A model generated the notes under the pieces. That model searched no databases. It was not told the origin of the DNA and saw only the letters and a list, made by a program, of their open reading frames with translations. Made by a program: the position numbers and the translations under genes. Below are positions 1-9,502 of a stretch of DNA of 64,000 nt, piece by piece; positions within the stretch are counted from its first letter, which is position 1, and each line of letters begins with the position of its first letter. The DNA comes from Prosthecodimorpha hirschii (lineage in GTDB: Bacteria > Pseudomonadota > Alphaproteobacteria > Rhizobiales > Ancalomicrobiaceae): positions 2,381,618 to 2,445,617 of the forward strand of contig NZ_LJYW01000001.1 of NCBI RefSeq assembly GCF_001305515.1. The letters are read 5' to 3'.

Positions 1-729
1 CGCGCTCGACCCGTTCCAGCCGTCGCTCCGCGATCTCGGCCTCGGTCCGGGCATTGCGGGCCACCGCGCAGGCCGCGTCCAGCGCCTCGATCCGCTCGGT
101 CAGCCGCTTCCATTCCTGGGCGCCGAGTTCATGCTCGCGGATCGCCCGGCGGGCCGCCTCGTAGCGGTCGTGGGCTTGGGTGAAGCGGCGCGAGGCCTTG
201 GCGCGGGTGCCGAAGACCTGTTCGGCCTCGTGTTCGAGCGCCTGCCGCAGAGCCGGCACGCCGTTGATGCCGTAGTCCGCCGCGAAGAACTGGCCGCCGC
301 TGTCCTGGGCCTGTTGCGCCAGTTCCTTGCCGCCCGACTGCAGGGTCGCGGCGGAAAGGCCGAAACCGGCGAGAAACTGCGCGCGATCGATGCCGCCGAG
401 AAAGGGCAGCAGCGCATCGTCGGGCAACTCGCCGCCCGACGGGTCGACCAGGGCGCCCTTGCGCCGCTTGCGCCGCCTGAAGGCCAGGCGGCGGCCGGCG
501 CGGTCGACGATCTCGGCGCCGATCCAGAGATCCGGATAGGGATGCAGGAAGTTGTAGACGCTGCGCTCCTCGATGCCGAACAGGAGATCGGTCACGGCGG
601 CGAGCGCGGTCGACTTGCCGGCCTCGTTCGGGCCGTAGACCACATGCAGCCGCGCATCCGGCCGGAACACGAGGCTCTTGTCGGAGAAGGGGCCGTAGCG
701 GCCGAGATCGAGCCGGGTGATCCGCATCA
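1..729 (-). CDS. SbcC/YhaN-like AAA ATPase, N-terminal part (gene continues past window start)
   Basis: Reverse-strand translation from ATG at 727-729 reads MRITRLDLGRYGPFSDKSLVFRPDARLHVVYGPNEAGKST (P-loop); start overlaps sbcD stop; no in-window stop, hence absent from ORF track. Confidence 0.75.
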
Positions 730-1962
730 GAACGCCCCCGGGCCGGCGACGCGGCCGAGCACCAGTGCACGGGCCTCCTCGACGATCGCGTGCAGATCAT
801 CCGCCAGCGGCGGCGCGCCCTCGATCGGCGGCAGCTTCGCCGAGACGATGGCGATCTCGCCGGCGATCCGCTCCCTGAAGGCCGGCTCCGCACCGATCCG
901 GGCCAGCAGCGCCCCGAAATTCGCGGTATCGACCGGACCGGCGACTGACGACGACGGCTCCCGGGTGGCCAGCTTGACGCTTTCCACCCAGACATCGCCA
1001 TGGACCCGGTCGGCCGCCGCCTGGATCTCGGTGCGCAGCGTTTCCGGATGCGCCGAGAGCCCCAGGTGCAGCGCCGTCGTCCCGGTCAGCGTCACGCGCA
1101 AGACCAACATCGTCTCCCGGTCGGCGGGAAGATGCTGTGCGACCGCCGCCTCGACGGCCGCCAGCAAGCCGGTCCCTTCGCCGATCCCGGTCAGGTCGAC
1201 GGCGGCCATCGCCCATTCGGCGCGGGCGGTCAGGACACGGCGGAGATCGACCACGCGGCCGTCCTCGACATCGACCAGCACAGCCCCCTTGGCACCGCAT
1301 TCGCGCACGCTGCGGCCCTGGATGTTGCCGGGATAGACCACATGCGGGTCGGTCGCGACCACCTCGTGCTCGTGGACATGACCGAGCGCCCAGTAGTCGT
1401 AGCCGCGCGACCTGAGGTCGGAGAGCGAGCAGGGCGCATAGGGGGCGTGGCCCGGACGGCCGTCGAGGGAGGTGTGCAGCAGGCCGATATTGAACCAGCC
1501 GGGGATCGGATCCGGATAGTCGAGCGCGATATTCTCCTCCACGGCCCGGTCCGGGAAGCTACGCCCGTGGACCGCGACGCGCAGGGCGTCCAGCCGCAGG
1601 GTCTCGGCCTTGCGGGTCGAGAACTGACCGACGCTCTGCGGCAGCGTGATGGTCCGGGTCACGACGCTGGCGGCATCGTGATTGCCGCGGATCATGAAGA
1701 CCGGAATGCCGTCGCGGTGCAGGCGGGCGACCTCCTTGTTGAAGAAGAGGCCGATGGCGTTGTCCTGCCATTCGCGGTCGTAGATGTCGCCGGCCAGCAG
1801 GACGAAGGCGACCTTTTCGTCGAGGGCCCGGTCGACCAATGCCGAGAAGGCCTCCCGGCCGGCCAGGGCGATGCGGCGCGCGACGGACGGGTCCCTGCCC
1901 GCAAGGCCGGCCAGCGGACTGCCGAGATGCAGGTCGGCGGCATGCAGGAACGTGAAGCGCAT
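727..1962 (-). CDS. sbcD: SbcD/Mre11-like DNA repair exonuclease (calcineurin-like metallophosphoesterase)
   Basis: 411 aa ORF; N-term MRFTFLHAADLHLG and GNHD motifs typical of SbcD nuclease subunit; operonic with downstream ATPase. Confidence 0.85.
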   Translation of the reverse strand: MRFTFLHAADLHLGSPLAGLAGRDPSVARRIALAGREAFSALVDRALDEKVAFVLLAGDIYDREWQDNAIGLFFNKEVARLHRDGIPVFMIRGNHDAASVVTRTITLPQSVGQFSTRKAETLRLDALRVAVHGRSFPDRAVEENIALDYPDPIPGWFNIGLLHTSLDGRPGHAPYAPCSLSDLRSRGYDYWALGHVHEHEVVATDPHVVYPGNIQGRSVRECGAKGAVLVDVEDGRVVDLRRVLTARAEWAMAAVDLTGIGEGTGLLAAVEAAVAQHLPADRETMLVLRVTLTGTTALHLGLSAHPETLRTEIQAAADRVHGDVWVESVKLATREPSSSVAGPVDTANFGALLARIGAEPAFRERIAGEIAIVSAKLPPIEGAPPLADDLHAIVEEARALVLGRVAGPGAF

Positions 1963-2452
1963 GGGGCGGTTCTCGGCGGAAGGCGGGACCGGCGACGGGC
2001 CGGGAATCGGGCCCGGGAATCAGGACCGGGAGTTTAGCCCGAAACCGCCTGCAGCCCGAAAGCGCAAAGATGGGGATTGATCGCCATGCCGGGTGGCGGT
2101 TTCGGCGGGCTCGTCTATAAGGGTCCGGCTGGCGGGGGTGGAGGACGGCAGGATGCCTCACCGCCCCCCGGATGCCCGTCATCGTGGGATATGGCGGGGC
2201 TCGGGCATTCCACGATGGCAGTACGTGATCGGCGGCCTAGCTACCCGCCTCGATCGCGTCGTGACCGTCCGACGATACCCCCGCCGGTTTCTCCTTTCGA
2301 CCGATCCCTCTCCCCGACCGATCCCTCTCCCCGTCCGATCGCCTCCGCCCCTCCTGCGGGACCGGCCTGCAGGCCTGCCGCCCGCCGTCAGCCGTTGCCG
2401 CAGGGCGATCCGGCCCCTAACGTTCCGCGGCACGGACAAGGGAGATCCCGCC

Positions 2453-3403
2453 ATGGAACTGCGCCGGCTCGGCCGCTCCGACCTGATGGTCACGAAACTC
2501 TGCTTCGGCGGCAACGTCTTCGGCTGGACCGCGGATGCCGCCGCCTCCTTCGACCTGCTCGACCGTTTCGTCGGCGCCGGCTTCAACTTCATCGACACGG
2601 CCGATGTCTATTCGACCTGGGTGAAAGGCCATACGGGCGGCGAATCGGAGACCATCATCGGCGACTGGCTGAAGGCGCGCGGCGGGCGCGACCGGCTGGT
2701 CATCGCCACCAAGGTCGGCTCCGACATGGGCGGCGACCGCAAGGGCCTGTCGCCGCGCTGGATCCGTCAGGCGGTCGAGGATTCGCTCCGGCGGCTGAAG
2801 ACCGACCATATCGATCTCTACCAGTCGCACCGGGACGACCCCGAAACGCCGATCGAGGCGGTGCTGGAGGCCTATTCCCGGCTGATCGAGCAGGGCAAGG
2901 TGCGCTTCATCGGTGCCTCGAACTTCACCGCCGAGCGGCTCGGCGCCGCGCTCGATCTCGCCGAGAAGACCGGCCTGCCGCGCTACGAAAGCCTGCAGCC
3001 GGAATACAATCTCTATGCCCGCCAGGACTACGAGGCCGCGCTGGAGCCGCTCTGCCGGGAGCGCGAGGTCGGCGTCATCAACTACTATGCGCTGGCGGCC
3101 GGCTTCCTGACCGGCAAGTACCGCAGCGAGGCCGATGCCGGCCTCAGCGTGCGTGGCCGCACCATCGTCACCCGCTATCTGAACCCGCGCGGCCTGAAGA
3201 TCCTCGCGGCGCTCGACCGCGTCGCCAACCGCTACGCCACCGAGCCGGCCGCCGTCGCGGTCGCCTGGCTGATGGCCCGGCCGGGCATCACGGCGCCGAT
3301 CGCCAGCGCCAGCCGGGCCGACCAGCTCGCCCCCCTGTTCGCCGCCGCGAAACTCGATCTCGACGCCGCCGCCATTGCGGAGCTCGACGAGGCGAGCGCC
3401 TGA
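2453..3403 (+). CDS. aldo/keto reductase
   Basis: MELRRLGRSDLMVTKLCFGGNVFGW...IDTADVYS motif set of AKR family; internal ATG at 2453 chosen inside longer track ORF. Confidence 0.85.
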   Translation: MELRRLGRSDLMVTKLCFGGNVFGWTADAAASFDLLDRFVGAGFNFIDTADVYSTWVKGHTGGESETIIGDWLKARGGRDRLVIATKVGSDMGGDRKGLSPRWIRQAVEDSLRRLKTDHIDLYQSHRDDPETPIEAVLEAYSRLIEQGKVRFIGASNFTAERLGAALDLAEKTGLPRYESLQPEYNLYARQDYEAALEPLCREREVGVINYYALAAGFLTGKYRSEADAGLSVRGRTIVTRYLNPRGLKILAALDRVANRYATEPAAVAVAWLMARPGITAPIASASRADQLAPLFAAAKLDLDAAAIAELDEASA

Positions 3404-3600
3404 GACAGGACGGCCGGGACGACGCGAAATTGCGGGCAAAGGAAACGAAACGAACGATCGAAGAAACCGGAAGGAAAAGAAGTTCCGGTAGGGTCCTGTC
3501 GAACAGGCTCGCGCCGACCGGGTGATGGCGCCCGGCGGCGCGGGCCGCCCCGACCGCACGCGTGGCCGCCTCCGCGCCTCCTCGACCGTCCGGAGACCCG

Positions 3601-6600
3601 ATGTCCCGCCCGCTGATCCTGCAACGGCGCTTCGCGCCGCTCTTTGTCTGCCAGTTCTTCTCGGCGCTGAACGACAATTTCCTGAAGAACGCGCTGGTCT
3701 TCCTGATCCTCTACCATGTCTCCGAGGCATGGTCCGGGGCCCTGGTCGCGCTGGCGGGAGCCGTGCTGGTCGCGCCCTACTTCTTCCTGTCGGGGCTCGC
3801 CGGCGAGATCGCCGACCGCTACGACAAGGCGCGCGTGGCCGAGCGGGTCAAGTTCCTGGAGATCTTCGTCGCGCTCATCGCCGTGATCGGCTTCGCGCTG
3901 CATTCGATCGTGATCCTGTTCGTGGCGCTCGGCGGCTTCGGCGTCATCGCGGCCCTGTTCGGACCGGTGAAATACGGCATCCTGCCGGATCACCTGGCGG
4001 AATCCGAACTGCCCGGCGGCAACGCGCTGATCGAGAGCGCCACCTTCATCGCCATCCTGACCGGCACGGTGATCGCCGGCGTCGCGGCCGCCGGCGGCGG
4101 CGATCCGGCGACGCTGTCCGGCCTGATGATGGTCTTCGCGCTGATCTCCTGGGGCGCCGCGCGGATGATCCCGCCGGCCGGCGAGGCCGCGCCCGGGCTC
4201 GAGATCGAGCCCAACGTGATGGTCTCGACGCGCGGCCTGATCCGCGATCTGAAGGCCGACGCCCGGCTCTGGTGGCTGGGGCTGGTCACGAGCTGGTTCT
4301 GGCTGATCGGCGCGGTGGTGCTGTCGCTGCTGCCGCCCATGGTGAAATCCGTCATCGGCGGCTCGGAAAGCGTCGTCACCGCCTTCCTGGCCATCTTCTC
4401 GATCGCGATCGCGCTCGGCTCGGGCCTCGCCTCGTTCCTGTCCAGCCAACGCATCGTGCTCCTGCCGACGCCGGTCGGCGCGGTGCTGATGGGGCTGTTT
4501 TCGCTCGATCTGGCCTTTGCGCTGTGGGGCGTCAAGGCGACCGGCGCGCCGGTCGGCGCCGTCGAGGTGTTCACCAGCGCGCGCGGCCTGCATATCGGCA
4601 TCGATCTGTTCGGCCTGGCGATCGCCGGCGGCCTGTTCATCGTGCCGTCCTTCTCGGCCCTGCAGGCCTGGGCCGGCAAGGACCGGCGCGCCCGCGTGAT
4701 CGGCGCCTCCAACGTGCTCTCCGGCGCCTTCATCGCCGTCGGCTCGATCTCGACCGCCATCCTGCTGGCGCTCGGTCTCGGCGTCGCCGGGGTCTTCGCG
4801 GTGCTCGGCCTCGCCACGCTGGCGGTCGGCGTCGTCATTTTCCGGACCCTGCCGACGAGCCCGTTCCGCGACCTGCTCTCGATCGTCTATCGCGGCATCT
4901 TCCGGCTCGAAGTACGCGGCCTGGAGAATGTCGCCAAGGCCGGGCCGCGCCGGATCATCGCGCTCAACCATGTCAGCTTCCTGGATGCCGGCCTGGCCCT
5001 GTCGCTGCTCGATCAGGAGCCGGTCTTCGCGATCGATTCCGGCATCGCGCAGCGCTGGTGGGTGAAGCCGTTCCTGAAGATCACGCGGGCCATGCCGCTC
5101 GATCCGACCAAGCCGATGCAGACCCGCACGCTGATCCATGCGGTCCGGAACGGCGAGACGCTGATCATCTTCCCCGAGGGGCGGCTGACCGTCACCGGAT
5201 CGCTGATGAAGGTCTATGACGGAGCCGGGCTGATCGCCGACAAGGCCGACGCCATGGTGGTGCCGGTGCGCATCGAGGGCCTGGAGCAGACACCGTTCAC
5301 CCGGCTGAAGCCGCACCAGATCCGCCGCCGCCTGTTCCCCAAGGTGCGCGTCACCATCCTGGAGCCGGTCAAGCTCGATGTCGATCCGGCGCTGAAGGGC
5401 AAGATGCGCCGGCTCGCCTCGGGCGCGGCGCTCTACCAGATCATGTCGGATCTGGTCTACCGGACGACCGCGATCGACCGCACCGTGTTCCGCGCGCTGG
5501 TCGATGCCGCCCGCCACGAGGGCCCGGGCCGGATCGCGCTCGACGATCCGCTGTCGGGGCCGCTTTCCTATCGCAAGTTCCTGGCCGGTGCGCGGGTGAT
5601 CGGCCAGCGCCTGATGCCGCTCGCCGCGCCCGGCGCCCATGTCGGCGTGATGCTGCCCAACGCCAATGCGGCCGCGGTGGCCACGATCGGCCTGATGTCG
5701 GCCGGCCGGGTGCCGGCAATGATCAACTTCTCGGCCGGGCCGACCAACATCCTGGCCGCCTGCCGGGCGGCCGTGATCGAGACGGTGGTGACCTCGCGCG
5801 GCTTCATCGAGAAGGCCCGCCTGCAGCCGATCGTCGATGCGCTCGACGGCCAGGGCATCCGGCTGGTCTATCTGGAGGACATCCGCGCCACCGTCGGCCT
5901 GACCGACCGGCTCGCCGCGCTGTGGCACTGGCAGACGCCGCTCGCCACGCGCGGGCCGGACGATCCGGCCGCGATCCTGTTCACCTCCGGCTCGGAGGGC
6001 ACGCCGAAGGGCGTGGTGCTGTCCAGCCGCAACATGCTGGCGAATGCCGCCCAGGCGGCGGCGCGGATCGATTTCGGACGCACCGACAAGGTCTTCAACG
6101 TCCTGCCGCTGTTCCATTCCTTCGGCCTGACGGTCGGCCTGATCCTGCCGCTGGTCTCCGGCGTGCCGGTCTATCTCTATCCCTCGCCGCTGCACTACCG
6201 GATCGTGCCGGAGCTGGTCTACGGCTCCAACGCGACCATCTTCTTCGGCACCGACACTTTCCTGACCGGCTATGCGCGCTCCGCGCACCCCTACGACTTC
6301 CGCTCGCTGCGCTACGTCGTCGCCGGCGCCGAGCCGGTCAAGGAGACGACGCGGCGGGTCTGGATGGAGCGCTTCGGGCTGCGCATCCTGGAGGGCTACG
6401 GCGTCACCGAGGCGGCGCCGGTGGTCGCCATCAACACGCCGATGTTCAACCGCTTCGGCACGGTCGGCCGGCTGCTGCCGGGGCTGCGGCACAAGCTGGA
6501 GCCGGTGCCGGGCGTGACCGAGGGCGGGCGGCTGATGCTGCGCGGGCCGAACATCATGCTCGGCTACCTGCGCGCCGAGGCGCCGGGCGTGCTCGAACCG

Positions 6601-7164
6601 CCGCCGGAGGGCTGGTACGATACCGGCGACATCGTCGCCATCGACCGCGAGGGCTTCGTCACCATCAAGGGCCGCGCCAAGCGCTTCGCCAAGGTCGGCG
6701 GCGAGATGATCAGCCTGGCGGCGGTCGAGACGCTGGCCTCGGACCTCTGGCCGGACGCCATGACGGCGGTCGTCGCCGAACCCGATCCGCGCAAGGGCGA
6801 ACGGCTGGTGATGGTGACCACGGCGCGCGGCGCGTCGCGTGCGGCCTTCCAAGCCTTCGCCAAGAGCCGTGGCGCAGCCGAACTGATGGCGCCGTCGGAG
6901 GTCGTCGTGGTCGACAAGCTGCCGGTCCTCGGCTCGGGCAAGACCGATTTCGTCGGCGTTGCGAAGCTGGTCCGCGAACGCACGCCCGCCCCGGCGGAAA
7001 TCGTGGTGGCGGCCGCCGGGACCGTCCCGGATGGCGGGTCGGAGCCGGGCGCCGCAGACCGCGCGGCGGCTGGCTCCGGCGGGTCCCCTGCCGCGGGCGA
7101 CGCAACGCCGGTCGCCTCCGATGGGGCGTCGACGGTCTCGCCCGGGACGCTGCCGGCCGCCTGA
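3601..7164 (+). CDS. aas: fused lysophospholipid transporter (MFS, LplT-like) / 2-acylglycerophosphoethanolamine acyltransferase / acyl-ACP synthetase (Aas-like)
   Basis: ~1188 aa; N-terminal 12-TM MFS region, central PlsC-type acyltransferase (NHVSFLD), C-terminal AMP-binding (TSGSEGTPKGV); Ala/Pro-rich tail. Confidence 0.8.
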   Translation: MSRPLILQRRFAPLFVCQFFSALNDNFLKNALVFLILYHVSEAWSGALVALAGAVLVAPYFFLSGLAGEIADRYDKARVAERVKFLEIFVALIAVIGFALHSIVILFVALGGFGVIAALFGPVKYGILPDHLAESELPGGNALIESATFIAILTGTVIAGVAAAGGGDPATLSGLMMVFALISWGAARMIPPAGEAAPGLEIEPNVMVSTRGLIRDLKADARLWWLGLVTSWFWLIGAVVLSLLPPMVKSVIGGSESVVTAFLAIFSIAIALGSGLASFLSSQRIVLLPTPVGAVLMGLFSLDLAFALWGVKATGAPVGAVEVFTSARGLHIGIDLFGLAIAGGLFIVPSFSALQAWAGKDRRARVIGASNVLSGAFIAVGSISTAILLALGLGVAGVFAVLGLATLAVGVVIFRTLPTSPFRDLLSIVYRGIFRLEVRGLENVAKAGPRRIIALNHVSFLDAGLALSLLDQEPVFAIDSGIAQRWWVKPFLKITRAMPLDPTKPMQTRTLIHAVRNGETLIIFPEGRLTVTGSLMKVYDGAGLIADKADAMVVPVRIEGLEQTPFTRLKPHQIRRRLFPKVRVTILEPVKLDVDPALKGKMRRLASGAALYQIMSDLVYRTTAIDRTVFRALVDAARHEGPGRIALDDPLSGPLSYRKFLAGARVIGQRLMPLAAPGAHVGVMLPNANAAAVATIGLMSAGRVPAMINFSAGPTNILAACRAAVIETVVTSRGFIEKARLQPIVDALDGQGIRLVYLEDIRATVGLTDRLAALWHWQTPLATRGPDDPAAILFTSGSEGTPKGVVLSSRNMLANAAQAAARIDFGRTDKVFNVLPLFHSFGLTVGLILPLVSGVPVYLYPSPLHYRIVPELVYGSNATIFFGTDTFLTGYARSAHPYDFRSLRYVVAGAEPVKETTRRVWMERFGLRILEGYGVTEAAPVVAINTPMFNRFGTVGRLLPGLRHKLEPVPGVTEGGRLMLRGPNIMLGYLRAEAPGVLEPPPEGWYDTGDIVAIDREGFVTIKGRAKRFAKVGGEMISLAAVETLASDLWPDAMTAVVAEPDPRKGERLVMVTTARGASRAAFQAFAKSRGAAELMAPSEVVVVDKLPVLGSGKTDFVGVAKLVRERTPAPAEIVVAAAGTVPDGGSEPGAADRAAAGSGGSPAAGDATPVASDGASTVSPGTLPAA

Positions 7165-7292
7165 CGGCAATGGCCGCGGGTCGGAAACCCGGCCGCCCGG
7201 CTTCACAGCCGAGCCGGCTTAATGTATAGACATATCATTCGGACCGGCCGACCCGGTCACGCCCTGCCCCGTTGCCGAGACCGGATGCGCCC

Positions 7293-8660
7293 ATGACCGT
7301 GCTTCACGCCGACCACGCCTTCCTGCCGGGCGGTTGGGCCCGCGACGTGCGCATCGCGCTGGCCGACGGCGCCATCGCGACGGTCGAGACCGGTGCGGCG
7401 CCTCAGCCCGGCGACGCGCGCCATGCGGTCATGGTGCCCGGCCTGCCGAACCTGCACAGCCACGCCTTCCAGCACGCCATGGCGGGCCTCGCCGAGCGGC
7501 GCGGGCCGGGCTCGGATTCGTTCTGGAGCTGGCGCGAACAGATGTACCGCTTCGCGCTGACCATGACGCCGGACGATGTCGAGGCGGTCGCCGGGGCGCT
7601 CTACTGCACCATGCTGGAGGCCGGCTTCACGCGCGTCGGCGAGTTCCATTATCTGCACCACGACCGCGACGGCCGCACCTATGCCGACCCGGCCGAGATG
7701 GCGGCGCGCATCGCCGCCGCCGCAGCCACGACCGGCATCGGCCTCACCCTGCTGCCGGTCTTCTACGCCCATGCCGGTTTCGGCGCGAAGCCGCCGGCGG
7801 AGGGGCAGCGCCGCTTCATCTCCGATCTCGACCTGTTCGCCCGCATGCTGGACGGCGCCGCCGCGGCGATCCGGCCGCTCGACCGTGCCGTTCTCGGCCT
7901 CGCCCCGCATTCGCTGCGCGCGGTCGCCCCCGGCGAGCTCGCCCGGCTGGTCGAGATGGCGCCGGACGGCCCGATCCATATCCATGTCGCCGAGCAGGTG
8001 CTGGAGGTGGAGGATTGCGTGGCCTGGTCCGGCCGGCGCCCCGTCGCCTGGCTCCTCGATCACGCCCCGGTCGATCGGCGCTGGTGCCTGATCCACGCGA
8101 CCCACATGCTGCCGGAGGAGACCCGCGCGCTCGCCGGGTCGGGTGCGGTCGCCGGGCTGTGCCCGGTCACGGAGGCCAATCTCGGCGACGGCATCTTCGA
8201 CGCGCCCGAATTCCTCGGCGCCGGCGGCCGCTTCGGCGTCGGATCCGATTCCAACGTCGAGATCGGCGTCCCAGCCGAACTGCGCATGCTGGAATATTCC
8301 CAGCGCCTCGGCCGCCGCGCCCGCAACGTGATCGCCGCCCCCGGCGGGTCGACCGGCGAAACGCTCTATGCCGGCGCTCTGGCGGGCGGCTCCCGGGCGC
8401 TCGGGGCCGCGACCGCGGCTCCCGGTTCGGACGCGATTGGTCTCGCCCCCGGCGCCCCCGCCGACCTCGTCGCGCTGGCGCCGACCCGCGACCTGCCTGT
8501 CGCGCCCGAGACCCTGTTCGATGCCTGGATCTTCGCCGACGGCTGGCGCGTCGATGCCGTCCGCGTCGCCGGTCGGCTCGTCGTCGAGAACGGCCGCCAC
8601 AAGGCGCGCGACGCCATCATGGCCCGCCACGCCGCCACGATGCGGACGCTGCTGGCCTGA
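7293..8660 (+). CDS. hutF: formimidoylglutamate deiminase (amidohydrolase family)
   Basis: HSHAFQ metal-binding motif, length and overall similarity to HutF-type amidohydrolases; start at ATG 7293 in frame of track ORF. Confidence 0.7.
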   Translation: MTVLHADHAFLPGGWARDVRIALADGAIATVETGAAPQPGDARHAVMVPGLPNLHSHAFQHAMAGLAERRGPGSDSFWSWREQMYRFALTMTPDDVEAVAGALYCTMLEAGFTRVGEFHYLHHDRDGRTYADPAEMAARIAAAAATTGIGLTLLPVFYAHAGFGAKPPAEGQRRFISDLDLFARMLDGAAAAIRPLDRAVLGLAPHSLRAVAPGELARLVEMAPDGPIHIHVAEQVLEVEDCVAWSGRRPVAWLLDHAPVDRRWCLIHATHMLPEETRALAGSGAVAGLCPVTEANLGDGIFDAPEFLGAGGRFGVGSDSNVEIGVPAELRMLEYSQRLGRRARNVIAAPGGSTGETLYAGALAGGSRALGAATAAPGSDAIGLAPGAPADLVALAPTRDLPVAPETLFDAWIFADGWRVDAVRVAGRLVVENGRHKARDAIMARHAATMRTLLA

Positions 8661-8706
8661 CGGAGACTTCGGGCAATCGGCGGCGGAGACGCGCGGGGCA
8701 GCGCGA

Positions 8707-9453
8707 CTATTTCGTCTTGATCAGGTCGAGCGGCTTGCCGCTTTCCTTCTCGGATTTGGCGTAGGCACCGGGCGCCCGCGGGGTGAAGGCGAGGCTGTCG
8801 CCTTCGAAGCTGTAGAACATCAGATCCATGCCCTCGATCCGCCAGGTCGACAGTTTCAGACGGACCAGGCCGGCATCGCATTCACGCGCGAGGGAGAGCG
8901 TATAGCTGCCCTGGTCGCCCGGCGCGGTGCGTTCGAGCAGCGAGACGGTGCACAGGACGGGGCCGCCAGGCCGGCGCATCTGCCATTCGCCGAAGAGGTC
9001 GCCGGGGCTCGGCACGCGGTCCATGCTGCCGCGCGCCGGGAACATCACCAGAGCCTTGCCGGGGCCGGCCGGCTCCTGCCGGTAGGTCGCGGTCTCCTGC
9101 TCGACCACCTCGAGAAGACGCTTGCGCAGCGCGTCGCGGAAGACGATGCCGCTCTTCTCGTTGTCGAAATCCCAGGACGCCGCCTCGGCCATGGCGGGCA
9201 CGGCGCCCTTGCAGCCGGCCGTCCCGTCCAGGCGGCGACCGCCGATGGTGGTCTCGGTCGAAAGCGTGATGACGCAGCCCTTGCCGCCGCCCTCCGGCGC
9301 GATCAGCCAGCGGCCGGCCGTCGCCCGGTAGACGGCCTCGTCGACGGCGCCGGCCGACAGGGCGGCGCCGGCAGTGAGGATAGCGCCGGCCGCCGCGGCG
9401 AACGCGGAGAGGCAGACGCTGCGGATCGTTCGGCGACGGGGCGACATGGTCAA
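8707..9453 (-). CDS. secreted protein with two tandem Inh/Omp19-like protease-inhibitor domains
   Basis: N-terminal signal peptide (LSAFAAAAGAILTAGAALSAGA); two internal repeats each with conserved W...KGCxITL / CTVSL pattern. Confidence 0.45.
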   Translation of the reverse strand: MTMSPRRRTIRSVCLSAFAAAAGAILTAGAALSAGAVDEAVYRATAGRWLIAPEGGGKGCVITLSTETTIGGRRLDGTAGCKGAVPAMAEAASWDFDNEKSGIVFRDALRKRLLEVVEQETATYRQEPAGPGKALVMFPARGSMDRVPSPGDLFGEWQMRRPGGPVLCTVSLLERTAPGDQGSYTLSLARECDAGLVRLKLSTWRIEGMDLMFYSFEGDSLAFTPRAPGAYAKSEKESGKPLDLIKTK

Positions 9454-9502
9454 ATGCTAGCGCCGGCACGGAGGAAAAACCAGACCGGGCGGCCGTCCGG
9501 AT

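Noticed and set aside
131-1336. 401-aa + strand ORF and 129..1001 - strand ORF
   Set aside because: Antisense/out-of-frame to the sbcC-like and sbcD genes; low-complexity Ala/Arg/Gly-rich translation typical of spurious ORFs in high-GC DNA
3232-7206. 1324-aa minus-strand ORF
   Set aside because: Antisense to the aas-like gene; Arg/Gly/Asp low-complexity; no recognisable domains
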